Below are positions 22,639 through 36,800 of a DNA stretch of 64,000 nucleotides, in pieces. How positions within the stretch are numbered: the first letter of the stretch is position 1; every line of letters starts with the position of its first letter. The notes below the pieces were generated by a model. The model saw only the letters and a list, made by a program, of their open reading frames with translations. It searched no databases and was not told the DNA's origin. Origin of the DNA: Phoronis australis (taxonomy: Eukaryota > Animalia > Phoronida); assembly GCA_002633005.1 (NCBI GenBank), contig NMRA01000102.1, positions 511,511-575,510 on the forward strand, in the 5' to 3' direction. Position numbers and translations under genes: made by a program.

Positions 22639-23627
22639 CATAGGCGGATTTAGGGGGGGCCCAGGGGGCCCGCCCCCCCCCCCCTTGGCTGCCGCAAAAA
22701 ATAAAACAGTAATAGCGTAGGGAAATTGTGAGTTTATTAATTAACCCCGGTAATTAAAATTATACGGATGAAAAAAGATTTAAATGTGTGCAGTTTTAGT
22801 GTTTGGGGGGAGGGGCTCAAACCCAATTTCAAGTGTCAAATTCGTAACACGGCGCATTCGTTACGGAACTATGGCTAAGTATAGGCTCTCCCGCGATATG
22901 CCAGGCGACCGGCAGTGGCGCTGCGCACTACGACTCCGTTTTCGTCGTCTGCTCTACTGTGCAATGAAGAAAATTTACTTCAGAGTATGGAACCTGAGTG
23001 ACGATGAAAAAACAGTAGCTGCTGGTAAGATGTGAATTTTAATCGAAGCCTTAGTGAATCGCTCAGAAACTCGTAATACTTTCTTTGTCAAACCTTATCT
23101 TAATACGATTTTCAAAGCAATCCCGTCATTATTGCCAACACGAAAAACGGATTTGGTCTTTTGGGCATTTGAAGACTATTTTAAATAATACAAATTTGTT
23201 AAGAATTGATGGCACAAAATATAAAACGTATAGCATTACGAAAAGAAGTAGGTTTCGCGCGCAAACGCTGTAAACAATAAACAAGTAGGTATGAGTAGTT
23301 GAATCGTCGTGGTGTAGTGGTAACGCACGCGCTCTCCATGCGCCAGGTCGTGAGTTCGAGTCTTTGGTGCGATCAATTTTTCCTGTTTGACACGTTCTTG
23401 TGTTTCTTTTTTCCTTTTTTTTCTTGGAAAATACTTCAGGAATCAAGGAAAATGCTTGATTTTTAGAGGTAAAAACAGAAAAATTTCCTGAGCGGGAGGT
23501 TTGCCCCTCTCCCGACCTCCCCCCATTCTGTGCTATGCGCATCTACAATCGTGGTTCAGTTTGCGCAAATGCTTACAGCCGGACAAAAAGTTGGGCCCCC
23601 CCTTGTGATATCCTAGATCCGCCACTG
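22639..23627. mobile_element. About 1-kb non-autonomous TIR element carrying a tRNA-like cassette; second copy at about 32920-33858
   Basis: CATAGGCGGATTTAGG...CCTAGATCCGCCACTG termini; long collinear similarity to 32920-33858. Confidence 0.8.
23303..23374 (+). tRNA. tRNA-Gly(TCC)-like pseudogene/cassette inside a MITE
   Basis: A box TGGTGTAGTGG, anticodon arm GCGC-TCTCCAT-GCGC, B box GTTCGAGTC; acceptor and T stems imperfect. Confidence 0.5.
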
Positions 23628-24299
23628 ACAGTTAACTGAAATTGAGCTCTAAAACGAGGTTATGCTTTGGACGAAAGAATTAGGTGTTTTAATTTTAAAA
23701 TTCAACTTGGTCGAGATTGATATTTGAAAAATATGACACATGAAATAGACGTAATTACTAAAACCAAGAAAGCAGAATTGATGGTCATGTAATTTTTATT
23801 TTCAATTACGAGCCTGGTTTTTTATCGTAATCAAAATATATATTTAATAACATCAAGTATTATTTCAGATCAATGACAAATCAACTGTTAGTCCCGGTAG
23901 TGCCTACCTCACCAGGACCTAGGCTATGCTTGAAGCGAATAGGCCTACTCTTGATCAACAAATTAAACCAGATGTGACTAATTGCACATGACAGCAAAAT
24001 GCTATAAGCCACCACTGTCGAATATATCTTCAACTCGTCACCAATACGACCAAATGACCTGGTTCGTGTAGAAAGCATTTTTATCAAGAATTTATTAGAA
24101 GAAACGTAACTCTGCATTCAGCACGATACCTAATCCGTAACACTACGATCGCCGCAATTTGGTCATGTTTACTTTTCATGTTTCGAACCTAGTTTTCCGG
24201 AAAAAAAATTATATCCTTTCGTCAGAGAACTCTTTGGTGCATTGACTTGTTCTTTAACTGTATTTTTCTACGTCTCTGTGGTTAATTATTGACACATTT

Positions 24300-25318
24300 T
24301 TTAAGATTTAATATTCAGGTTGGACTCCAAAGACCGGCCATTTAACTCACGCATTGTAAATTTCCGCTTTGGTTTAGCGCAGTGAGCCTCGCTTTGGATT
24401 TTAATGTCCACTGCGTGAATTGGGTCTATGCATCCTGTCTGATAAGCTGCACGCTTGATGTGCTGAGCATGGGCTGCAAAAGTTCGAGGTATGGCTTCAT
24501 ACGTCCTTTGCTTCCTCGCAAAAAGTTCTAGTCGTGTCTCATCAACTGCTTTAGCGGAACCTGAACGGTCATACATCATAACGACAACTACTTCGCGGCG
24601 TGGTCTTAAATGGTCACAAGATAGCAACTCAATTTGTTCAACACCTCTGAAATTTCGGGATATACATCCCATGACTGCCAGACTGACTTCTTTCCCTTTC
24701 TCCTGAATGACAAAACGATATTGCAGCACGTAAAGGGGTGAAAGAACGGCATCCCGCGGATCTTTTCTGAAGCAAGAGTCAAAACAAACTCGTGTACTGG
24801 AAACCAATAGGCAAAAGATTTTGGGAACTTAGTTGAGTCCCTGTTTGTGACTGTTTCATGCAACTGGCCTTTGGACCTTTAGTGATTTCGGCATGGAATC
24901 CTGTGAGCAGCTCCACAACTTTCTCAGCCAGGAATTCAAACAACTGATTTTTGTTGGTAGAATAACAGCTAGGAAGTTGCGCCAGTTTCGTGGCACCTTT
25001 CTAGTCCATGTGACTCGGCGTGTGGCTCCATATCTACGCTTCGATCGTGTTTATGATTTCAGACTGGATGCTAAATAAATATAAAATACAATGTCTGTTC
25101 TCTGATACTTCATGACCCATGCTTCACCCTTTGAGACAAATTCTAGCATGGGATACTCTAAAAATGTCTTTGAAGTTCGTGTAGGCAGGGCATTAACCAT
25201 AGCTAAACAGGTTCTGCATCAGACAGTTTCACCGTGGCTTCAAGAATGGCAAGGTGTGACTTCTGGCAACGTGCAGCACTCCGCCGTTACTGAGAGCTGC
25301 TGGAAATATCTGATTCTC

Positions 25319-25392
<74 letters not shown>

Positions 25393-26960
25393 CCTCTCTC
25401 TCAAAAGTTTGGAATTTTTCTTGGTGAAAGAATCTCATTTTTGTCTTTTTGATAGCAGCATAGAAGGAAGCGGTGTCTTTATTCTGTAGTGCTGATATAA
25501 ATTCCTCCATGCAAGCATTCCCACTTGAGAGGTGTATAAACACCCTCTCGGCTGCGTTTGGATGTTCCGGCTCAGCAGATATCCAGTTTCTTCTTCAAAT
25601 GGATTGCCCATTTTCTCTGTTCTGCTGGTCAATCTCTGTACCTTTTCCAGGAATGTTCTCTGATTGGTCTCTGTCCGTTCTAGGAGTCTTGTCTGGTTGG
25701 TCATATCTCTCAACACTGATGACTCCACATATGAGCTGAGAGACAACAGGGCCAGCAACTGCCCGTCTTCTTAGTGCTGTTGCGTCTTCTGTGATTCCAA
25801 TCACTTCACCGTCACCTTTGATGACATCATTGGCCTGTTTATGGGCTCGGTCGAATGCCATTGCTGAAAAACCTTTATCTGGCTTCCCATCATGAAAAGC
25901 TTCTGCAACCTTAGGATGTGTTTCGTCCAAAGTCATCATGTCAAGCAGGTGAATTGGAAGCCACCTAACATAGTTCACGTTGTTGTTTGCGAACAGGCAT
26001 GGGATCAGCTCACACAAAGAAAGGCGACTGAAGTTAGCTTCTCTCAAAGACCTGATGGAAATCATACTGGCTAATTTCATGCCATTGGCGAAACTAAGGG
26101 CTTTGTAGTTTGTGACGTTCGTACCAGTCTTCAAAACTCATGATTTCAGGATTAGGTGACAACTGTTCATTTGTACTGTAGGCATAATATCAGGAGCTTG
26201 TAGAGGCTACACACTGTCACGTGGTGGGCTTGACGGTACTTCGTGACACTCGCAGCTGACAGGAATGAATTAGGTGTGCCAGGTGACTCCACATCTGCTT
26301 TGGTTAGAGCTCCTGTCCACGCACTACCTGAAAGAAGGGAACCCGGAGAGCGTAGCGCGGTCATTTTGATGTGTAAACCTCCGAACATGATGACAAGTTT
26401 CTGCTCACCGTACTCTTCAGGCCACTGTCATTGGACCTGCTTTGCTATTGCGTAAATTGGTTGATCAGCCGTGAACACAGGCACTTGTTCAGGAATGAGA
26501 AACCTCACTGCATCTCTGATCTTATCCATTACATGTCGAATTGTGGCTACAAAGTGAGCTTCATCTCTCAGCAAAGGCATCTTTAGCAGAGATACAGGCC
26601 TAATATGTAGGACCATTTTTCTTCTCTGCGTAATGGGCAGACCATGATAGGTATATTTTTCCTATTTTCAGATAAAATGAGCAAATAATGCTACTAATGT
26701 TCACAATATTTTGATCAAACATAGAATTTTAGATTCTACATGCTAAATTTCATATGATACCAAAATCAAACTACCCCATGTTGTACAAGAACATGAGAGA
26801 ATAAATTTAGCAAATGACAGCCATCTTGAAAATGGACACCATTTTGATTTTTAACGTTCTTTTATGAAACAACACTTTTTGTTTGATATACAGAACAGAC
26901 TTGATTTTTGTAGCATATAGTGAACGATTCTTCTGATTTTTGAACCTATCTGCTCTACTA
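24300..26960 (-). mobile_element. Decayed Academ-type DNA transposon (transposase fragments with frameshifts and stops)
   Basis: ADQPIYAIAKQVQ.QWPEEYGEQKLVIMFGGLHI.M, LFANNNVNYVRWLPIHL.DM, GNPFEE, TRLELFARKQR..IP.T..QHIKRAAYQ; Academ-like terminus ...ATCTGCTCTACTA at 26960; (CT)n microsatellite at 25315-25401. Confidence 0.75.
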
Positions 26961-27899
26961 TGACGGTATACTATGGGAACCCATCAACTTCAGCTTACAG
27001 ACTACCTGGACTAATTCGATTAACACTTTTATTGGTTTAGACAACAAAAATCGCAAAAAGTAGAGGCACAATTGTATAAATGAGAAAGAAGCGGAGAGAG
27101 ACACCAAACTGCGGGCTCTGGTAGCTGTCAAAAATTATAAGTCTCTAAATTCAAATCTTGACATGTGAAAATACTGGAATAATTCAAACCACTCGGCATG
27201 GGATTTTCAAAACCCTGGAATTCCAGAAATATAGTCCCACGAGAGTTCAGTAAATGTTAACGCGCCATCGGAAAGCTGGTTACTGCACGAGGTATAGCAG
27301 AGGTCGACATCAATGGCATGACAACCTACCAAGAACATACGCACATATCATAAACACAGGCCTGAGCATACTCTGACAAAAAGGTATACGGGATGTGACG
27401 TGTTAAGGATTTTTACAACCACTTCCTTACGAAAAGTGTGTCCTTTCTGACAAAGCTCCCTACCAAAGGGTACCTTTTCTGATAATATAATCCCGACAAA
27501 ACGTATTTCATTTTGGAAGTTTGAAACTCTACTGCTGGTTCCTTTGTGTAACTACAATAATCTCCCTACAGAAATTTTTTTAAAATTATCTATATTTTCA
27601 AAACTTCCGTTGAAAGAGATGTACTAATTTTTCACACCATGGCCTCTCGTTTTGTACTTGTTTAAGGTTTAATGGCTTCAAATTAAATGAAGCGGGAGTA
27701 TGTACATAATTTTAAATTTTTTACACGTCTGTATTTCATTTTTGCAAAAAGCAATCCTTAATTCTTCGCACCCAACTCCTTACTTTTAAAGCCCTTCAAA
27801 ACCAAAACCGTATCTGTTTTACGGTGCCTTCACAGTTATGGCCCATGTAGATCTCACCGCCTCGTCCAATACAAAACTCTTATTAACTTTAACCAAGTT

Positions 27900-29260
27900 T
27901 TAATCAAGTTTACAAAGAATGACACTATTACTACAGGTTCTGCTAACACTCAGCAGACTTTTATAAAATGTAATGTGAACATTCTTTATATGAGCAGTAC
28001 TTTTTGAATCCCCACACTTAAGGACCATAACTGAGGACTGGGAATGCCATTTTGTCGAAAAAGCTATAGACAACTGCTGGTGGAAGATTATCACATTTGC
28101 GTTAAACTTTACAATCATTAAGATTGCCTTTTTGTTTGGGTAGCCTATGTCTCGACAGCCTGCGACCGCACAAGTTTGGAGGTAAAACACACTGAAATAC
28201 TTGTAAAGCGAGGACAATGTAATACTTTCACTGTCAAAGTGCCATTTCTTGTAATTGCGCAATAGCCAACCCTTGCTATTCTCGCGCAAATTCTTAGTTC
28301 ATACTTCCAAAATAGTCAGAACATTGCCATGCAAACCAATTTTTTTACCTTTACAATTTATGTGGAATATTATCAAAAGCACGAGAGAAATCAACAAAAA
28401 GCGCATAAAATCGCACCTTCGTTATAAAATATATATTTCTGCACCTTACCTTGTAAAGTCAAAAATTTATCAGTGGTACGATGATCCTTCCTAAATCCAG
28501 TTTGAGATCCGTGGAACAAATTTTTCCATTTGTTAAAATGGTAAGGCGAATGTTTATGATTTAGCAAACGTTTTTCCAACTACAGACAGCAACGCAATAC
28601 CGCGATAGTTACCAACGTCATTAATTGAATCTTGTCTAAATAATGGACAGATTCCAGCATCTCTCATTCCTGTGGGCAATCACCAGACGACGATATCTTA
28701 TTAAACATATCAGTTAAAGATGGTGGGATGACCATTTTTGTTTTTGTCTAAGCAATTCAAAAGTAAGGCCATCGATGCCCGCAGCCTTGCCTTTAGGCAC
28801 TTGTTCTATTACACTCAGAACCTCTACCTCAGTAAAAACCTGATTCAACGACGCGGGGGCATTGTTAAGACAATCAATACGTAACATTGCTTCTCTTTCA
28901 GCTTCCGCGACAATGTCACTGTCCACCTGGGTAACAGAGTTGAATAGTGACAAAATAACAATACCACTGGTCCTGCACTGGTCACCTGGGTAACAGGGTT
29001 GAATAGAGACAAAATAACAATACCACTGGACCGGACCAGTCGAGTTTTGACCAATGTTCCTACTACCAGATGTTTTCGTTTATAACTCCAAAACTCTCGT
29101 TCGTTGTTTTTTAGTTCAATCACATCACTACTCAGACTAGCACGAATATTTTTTTCCTTGAACTTTTGCTTAAAAGATCTAACAAAGTCTTTATAAAGAG
29201 CGAGGTCGTCACTGTCATTAAATTTTGCAAATCTATTCAATGCGGCACACTTTGTGTTTT
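27900..29260 (-). mobile_element. Decayed LINE ORF2 fragment (L2/Crack/Daphne-like reverse transcriptase, N-terminal part)
   Basis: KGKAAGIDGLTFELL, YRGIALLSVVGK, QTGFRKDHRTTD, CAF(V)DFSRAFD across frameshifts. Confidence 0.8.
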
Positions 29261-29334
29261 AAACATTTTAACTCAATGTCCCTTGATAAAAGGACAAGCC
29301 TGAACAATTATTTCAGAGGCAGTAGTTAAAATAT

Positions 29335-31110
29335 TTTTTTTCATTTACATTTATTGAAATATATACATATGGCCATAGTCCCAAAGTATAACATCAAGGA
29401 GTGTAGTAGTACCTGTACTAGTACACTCCTTGACAACATGTACAAGACAGAACATTGACAGGTGCCGCGTCACAAACTGGATAATAAATTGTGACGCTTG
29501 AGAGCATGATGGACATAGGGTAGATGAAGGGTATCCGGAGCTCTGATGAGAGATTCAGGTTTAGATGTCGTGGGAGTATGACAAAAACGATCGCTCACGT
29601 ACTTAACCCGAAGGTCTTGGTACGCACTGCAAACTAACACAACGTAGAATTCATCCTCTACATACCCCGAATTACATAAATTGCACAACCTTTTTTCATA
29701 AGCAATATTTGTTTAGCTATTAACGAACGATTTGAACATTGCAATCGAGTCAGGGACTGAATAAAAACACGTGGGATGCTAACTATTTCTAAATAATTCT
29801 CTAGACAATACATTATTTTATACCTCACATAGTAAGGCAGTTTTGCGTTACATTCGATATCAGATTGCCAGCCTTGCAAATAACAGTCACTGACACGTTT
29901 AGAAAAAACTGTCAAGAAATACGCTTAGTTTACCACACCCTGATTAAAACATACATCTGAAAAACCATAACAGACAGAAGTTTCCTTTAAAAACTTGGCC
30001 AATTATAAGATCTTCCGATCTGGTCTGACTGAAAAAGCCCATCGTATGGTGCCTTTACCCCACGACTACTAGGCATCTCCAGTATTTTGAACCAATATTT
30101 ACACAGGATACAAAGTATTTAGCAAATAATTTTGGGAATTGACCACATTCTCCCATAATTGCCGAGTTTGAACAACTGTCCACGCCTAAAATCCGTTTAC
30201 AAAACTTGATATGTACATTTTCCAGTGTTCATGTTCATTAAAGCCTCATATCTCAGCGCCGTAACACAAAGAGGGGTAAACTATATTATTATCGAACAGG
30301 TGAAAGGCTATTGACGGCGGTAGATCACAACATCTTCGCTTCAATTTAAAAATTGCAGGCAGCTTTATTTGCTTGACTGGATAAGGCTTTAATTGCTTTG
30401 GTCCACGAAACTTTTCGGGGTCCAAGGTATTTGAAATGAGACACCACATCGACCAAAGTTCCTTTGTAAAACCATTTCTCATATCGTCTAAGGGGACCGC
30501 CATTTCTGAAAATAACGAGCTTGGTTTTCTTCAAGTTTACTTGCATGCCTCACGATTCGCAAAATTCTGCCAAACAATTTAGCATACGTTGTAAGTTAAT
30601 GACGGTAGATGAGCATAACATCATGTCGCCTGCGTACAGCAGGTAGTCGACTCTTGGGACTTGTTCGCTGAGATATGTGCTATTAATACTACTTTTTGCA
30701 CCCAGGTGATCCAGAAATTCATTTAGATACAACACAAATAATAATGGGCTGATCACACAATCTTGGCGAGTGCCAACAGTACAATCTAAGAACTGTGTTA
30801 GGCCATCTTGAGTTTTCACACAATTGCGCAATTTACCATACACAGAACGGATTATGTTGAAAATTTTACCATTCATATCAATGTTTTTCAATCTACGGAA
30901 GAGTATTATGAGGGATTCGATCGAATGCCTTCGAGAAATCTACAAAGGCACAGTAAAATCTCCCACCCTGCCGACTCAAATAAATTTGAGACATAGCTTC
31001 AAGTGTAAACACTTGGTCAATCGTGGAGTAGCCCTTTCTAAAGCCAGTTTGAGATTCATAAATTTTATCATTATTTTGAGCCCAGCAATACAGACAATTA
31101 TTTAAAAGTT
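29335..31110 (-). mobile_element. Second decayed LINE (L2/Crack/Daphne-like) RT and C-terminal domain with 3' AATAAA/A-rich end
   Basis: QTGFRKGYSTID, GTRQDCVISPLLFVLYLN, YAGD (degenerate YADD), KTK, FKYLG, CNLCNSGYVEDEF..LVC..Y.DLR. Confidence 0.8.
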
Positions 31111-31353
31111 CGGTAAAAAGTTAATAGATTAATAGCCTCGTCATTGGAATTGTTATGTAAATAGAAAATATACTTGTTTGTTGAACTCATCAAACATTAA
31201 ATAAGAATTTTCGACGAACGGAGGTCTCTTCTAGGTGTTTCATAAGAATGGACTTCAGAGTCAACAGGGGAATTAATATTATCAGAGTATTCAAAATAGT
31301 ATTTCAAACACCAAGAGATATTGGGAGGTGATCTGACTCGTCAATAAAATAGG

Positions 31354-31509
31354 CAGCTACTACCTTAAATAACTATGTACAGCTACTACCTTAAATAACT
31401 ATGTACAGCTACTACCTTAAATAACTATGTACAGCTACTACCTTAAATAACTATGTACAGCTACTACCTTAAATAACTATGTACAGCTACTACCTTAAAT
31501 AACTATGTA
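31354..31509. repeat. 26-bp perfect minisatellite (CAGCTACTACCTTAAATAACTATGTA) x6
   Basis: Six identical tandem copies. Confidence 0.95.
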
Positions 31510-32079
31510 GAATCAATTAAATAATCTGCAGCCTTACACTCATCTTCTGCCAAGTCTGACGTTAATTGTTTTCCTGGTCTAAAAGAGTGCGATAAACTTA
31601 GCTGCATGGTTGGCGTCGTAATTTTCTCGTTCTATCGATTTTCATTAGACTGATACACAGCACTGTAGACGATTTAACGATAACACGATTCTGCCATTTT
31701 GCAAGAGTCTGTTTTAGTCAAATTGCAATTAGATATTACTCAAAGATTTAGGCCAGGCCCAGCCTTCCATCTTCACGAGCCGTACGGACATTCTCACTAA
31801 CATTGCACAACACGAACAGTTTCCTAGTAGGAGAAAAAAACTTGTATGCCCGAAAAATACTGTTGTGTAAGAAAAGTGCCTGTATTGGAAAAAGACTTGT
31901 GTTACGTAGAAAACAGCTTGTGAGAAATGAACGCTTTTATGATATAACAACACTCGTGAGGTTCGTGAGAGAAGGCGGCCGGCTATCCTGAGATTAGACA
32001 ATCTAGCAAAACGTGGACTATCATCGACATTCATTAACCTTCTCTCAAGTAATACAAAAATAAACTGCAAATATATCAC

Positions 32080-32338
32080 CTTCGAGTAAGCCGTACGCCT
32101 TCTCAATGTTATATTTCCGTGCACGTAGATATCGACGTAGGAATCCGTCATCTCTAGTAGCACAAATCTCTTGAATTTTCGACCCCACATCTGTATCATT
32201 TCTTTCGTTAATTCTTTGTCGCAGCAATGATGGAAATGTTCTGCTTTTTTCTTGTGTTTCGTTTAATTCTTCTTCAGCTTTTTTAATCACGTGATCCGGC
32301 AACGTACCACATTTATCCCACACGGTTCCCTCGCTCAT
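32080..32338 (-). CDS. CRAL-TRIO protein, coding exon 1 (CRAL-TRIO N-terminal helical domain)
   Basis: MSEG..KKAEEELNET..RDDGFLRRYLRARKYNIEKAYGLLE-G|GTGATA; D.FL.RFLRARK(F/Y) signature. Five exons total 888 nt, 295 aa plus stop. Confidence 0.92.
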
Positions 32339-32666
32339 GTTGTAATAAAGAAAGATTGATGCAAATTGAAATCACGTAGTTGACAGCGAACACGGCTGCT
32401 CAGTGTTCATGACCACAATACTCATTTACAAGCCCCAGTCTTTGAAATGGGTGATCGACTGAAACAAGCGAGCAAGCACACTTGAATATGTGTTCATAAC
32501 CTGCTTTTAGCTCTTGTAACGATAATTTGCAAACCTCCACGATCGGAAAATGTCACGTCAGTGTTCGTAATTTACTAATTGCTACTCGCTGAATGAAGGT
32601 CTTCTGTAAGTGGTCTCCGAAGACGCTCTCAATCCCGCTTTCTTCATGTTAAGAGACATCTCTACA

Positions 32667-33881
32667 CAGTGGCGGACCTAGGATACCATAACGGGGGCGG
32701 GGCAACATGTTGCCTCCGGGTAATGCGCGAAGCGCGGTTGTATGTGCACAGGCGTCGCGAAACGGTTGTGGGGGCGTAGACCTTTTGTTCAGGAAGCTGT
32801 CGGTGGACTCAGGAAGCTTTCGGTGGACTAAAAAAAAACAAGAGCACGCCCCCCGGTCCGCTACCGAACTCAATATTTCCTCACGCTTTACGCTGCTGTT
32901 GTTTCATTTTGCTTCCGGTAGCCAAGGGGGGGCGGGCCCCCTGCCCCCCTTGGCTGCCGCAAAAAATAAAACAGCAAGAGCGTAGGGAAATGTTGAGTTT
33001 ATTAATTAACCCTGCTAATTAACATTATAAGGCGGAAACAAAAATAATTAAATGTGTGCAGTTTTAGTGTGTTTGGGGGGGGGCTCATATCCAATTTGAA
33101 GTGTCAAATTCGGAACACAGCTCAATCGTAACGAAACTATGGCTAAGTATAGGCTCTAACGCGATGTCGCAGGCGACCGGCAGTGGCGCTGCGCACTACG
33201 ACTCCGTTTCCGTCGTCTGCTTTACTGTGCAATCATAGACTATAGGTGGCATGAAGAAAATTACTTCATTTGTTTAAAGAAAATGGAATCTTGAGTGACG
33301 ATGAAAAAACAGAAGCTGCTGGTAAGATGTGAATTTTAATCGAAGCCTTAGTGAATCACTCAGAAACTCATAATTCTCTCTTTGTCAAACCTTAACTTAA
33401 GACGATTTCCAAAGCAATCGCGTCATTAATGCCAACACAAAAAACGGATTTGGTCTTTTGGGCAATTGAAGACTATTTTAAATACAACAAATTTTGTTAC
33501 GAACTGATTGCACAAAATATAAAAAGTGTAATAAGCATTACAAAAGAAGTAGGTTTCGCGCGCAAACGCTGTGGCCATAAACAAGTAGGTCTCTTATTAT
33601 GAAATTAAGAGTGAAGTCGTGGTGGTGCAGCGCTGTATCCGCCAGGTCGGGAGTTCGAGTTTGTGATAAATGCAGTTTTTCATGTTTGCCACGTTCTCTG
33701 TGTTTTTTCTTTTTCTTTGCCTTTTTTCTTGGATAATACTTCTGGAATCAAGGAAAATGTTTGATTTTTAGAGGAAAAAACAGAAAGAAATTCCTGGGCG
33801 ATAGGGGGGGGCGNCAAAATGTTGGGCCCCCCCTTGTGATATCCTAGATCCGCCACTGCGGTAGGCCAAATCCGGCCACCG
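32667..33881. mobile_element. Nested MITEs: host element (CAGTGGCGGACCTAGG...) interrupted by a copy of the 22639-23627 element
   Basis: Host termini at 32667 and about 33881; inner element ends CCTAGATCCGCCACTG at 33858; CGGTAG on both sides of the insert. Confidence 0.7.
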
Positions 33882-36800
33882 ATTAGGAGTTTTCATCTCG
33901 TCAAAAATACATTCCACACTTAAAACTTACTACTCAGTGGTCCTTTCTACTTCTACACGTATCTTCCTTGAAGCTTCGTTAGTGACTTTGGCGAAAAATG
34001 CCAACTCCATTTTTTCACCACCCGCGCGATAACCAAAATATTTCAACTGAATCACGTGAGTTAGGCAGAAGCTAGAGCGAGAGTGAGCTAGCGCGTGACA
34101 CTTGCAAAATAACATGGGAAGGTATCAAGTGAAATTTGTAAGATTTGTGTCCCTTGGAATTTTTATTCGTCAACATGCGTGATTTCACGTAACTTCCACA
34201 AAATGCCACCCGGCAAGAGAAACTCGAGCAAACCGCAACAGATTTTCATGGATTTGTTCAAATTATCGTGACTGAAACGTCTGCAGACTTATGATATGTG
34301 TTAATTATATCTCCATGTGCATATATTCATGTTTCATTGTATTTTATTTCCTGTATTTTGAAATTGTAAGTTTTTGTGGGGATGTTCTATCGCCCCTGTA
34401 TGCTTGCGGCCTACAGAAACGCATGGTGGCCTAGTCGGTAATAAGTCCGCACAGCGAAAATGCAGAATCAAGTGCCACACACATCACACTCGAATTAAAC
34501 TTCAAATATTAACGGATAAACGAGCACACGTCGAAACTGCGATCTCGTGAACACGTTTCCTTGCGGAATCAACAATTCAAAAGCAGTCGGCTGGACTACA
34601 AAACCTTATCTCCGGACGTGTTACCCGGACTTCAAAACACGGCGGCCTCATCCATAACACGATGGCCGGTGCTAACCAGTTGGCCGGTGATCAAACACGA
34701 CGACCGGACTTCCTGAGAGATTCGCTTTGAATGTCTCGAAAGATTCAAGTGACATCTAGTCTTTATTTCTCGTGCACGTTTGTTTGTTTTGTTAAAAATC
34801 GGCGATTTGTTCGGCCATTGCGCATGAGCACCGGCAAACCATTTTTTGGTGTGGCAATCTGCGGGTTTTGAGGTCCGGCGACCACCAAGTTGGAGTCCAG
34901 CCAGAGGGTTTTGAAGTAAGGGCAAGTGGTTAGGAAATCTGACCAATTGTTGATTACCCTTGCATTTATCTTTTGCAATAATTCTGCAAATATAACTGCA
35001 CTGATATCTTAAGCTCTTCGAAAGAACTTATTCACTCGAAGATTCGATTTTTACTACTCGTTTGTCACTCCGCCATTTACATTTTTGAACTCGTGAGCTG
35101 ACGCATTCACTTGACTGGGCTGGCATTCGGACAACTGCATGACATCATTAGGTCGAAAACTAAGATTTCAAGATGACAGACAATTTGATTCGTCGTTAAT
35201 TGTTAGAGAAAGATAAAAGATGAGAAATATAACCAGTAAGATTGTTTGCGTTTTTCTAAACTGGTGGTTAGTACTAACACACTGAACAAGAATTTTCCTC
35301 CCATGTTTTGAGTTATGTCCATTTCACCAAGTGTTGAAAAGCATTCAGGTGGATCTTCAGCTCTATTCAAGGGCCGTTTCTGGTCTAAAAATGAGTCGAA
35401 TTACAGATCTAAGTCAACTATGTGTTTGTGATATCATCTAGCCAGGTCAAATTGAGGTCAGCTCGCTATGAATTACGAATTACCGTCAGTAGCCTCTCCC
35501 TTTTGGCGTTTACACTGCATAGTTTAGTCAAAGAATCAGTGGGATTTGGTGAAAAAATCGACACAATTTTAATGTGGCAGTTAGCCCAAGTTAAGCAACA
35601 AATCTGCATCAATGAAAATACCGGCAACACACTAACAAAGTGGACACCTAAGGACACGTGACCAGCATAAGACTAAGAAAGGTGACCAAACTCAGGGCAC
35701 GCGATAACAGAATTTTCGTTGTTTTTTACTTCCAATGTGAAAACAGAGACATGAGTTCAAGGCGTAACACATTGAGGAAGGGTAGGTAGAGGCTTAGGCT
35801 AGTGTCTCTTCCAATTACAGGAGAAAAGTTACGTTGATCGTGGCATCGCTTAAACCGAAGGTGATTTGTATGTCATTTTGGCAAATTGCCGTTATTTTTG
35901 GCACTAAATCAATAAATTGACCATGAACAAATGACGTTTGAAAATATAACGCAACTCTTGTTTTTTGTAGTTTTGTCAGGATTTCTAATTTTTCGACACT
36001 TTTCTGCTGAACGATGCGATCAAGAACACAACGATAAGCGATCGGGAACGCTAATTCGTGTTTGTGTATGCGATCGGGAACGCATCGTGGTGTGTCGAAC
36101 AGCAATGAACTTTTTACTTATAAAACGTGAAAAGGGTTACAAAATAAGTGTGGTGCAATGAATTAATCACATTTTGCGTAATTACTGTGTTACTTTCGTA
36201 TCAAAACAGAACAGCAGCATAACACATTTCCATAAAATTGCCATGAGCATTACATGTACATCGAGCATAATTTTAGTTTCAGAAACGAATTCATTTTCAT
36301 TTCAGGAAACAAGTTCACTGTTATTGTGAGTCGAGCTTCAACGAACATGTTATCCACGACGTGAAGGTACACCCTACCAGGGTTTTGAAATACAGAAATC
36401 TACTTTTAGACGAAACCACTGAGAACAAGGGTTTCTCAACTGAAGATTAACCCACAGGAGTTGTTCCATGTGGCGTGTTCGCCAGGGGTAAACAAATTGT
36501 TGCAGCAGATGAAAGCGAATGTAGAATCTTTTTGTAAAATTGTGACAGCAAAAGAAAAAAATAAAACAAATAGCCAGTGAAGTCAAAAAATGAGCTTGCC
36601 CATGGGGAGAGAGGGGAGTGCGGCAACACTTCATGAGATGATTCAAAGATTGCCACTCATAAACGTCTGGGATCTAAAAATTGGCCAGAAGTTGTGTAAA
36701 CTGATGTGTTGATAAAACGGGTGGGATTTTACTTGATGTTTTACTGATAACATCGATACAGAGATGAACAGATTGACTTGCGGCACCCGCCGTGTGGCTT

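Noticed and set aside
27900-28289. Possible CRAL-TRIO exon 2
   Set aside because: Part of a decayed LINE; the true exon 2 is 18945-19060 with matching phases.
31354-31509. CRISPR-like array
   Set aside because: Contiguous identical 26-mers without spacers; same for the 62-bp array at 54036.
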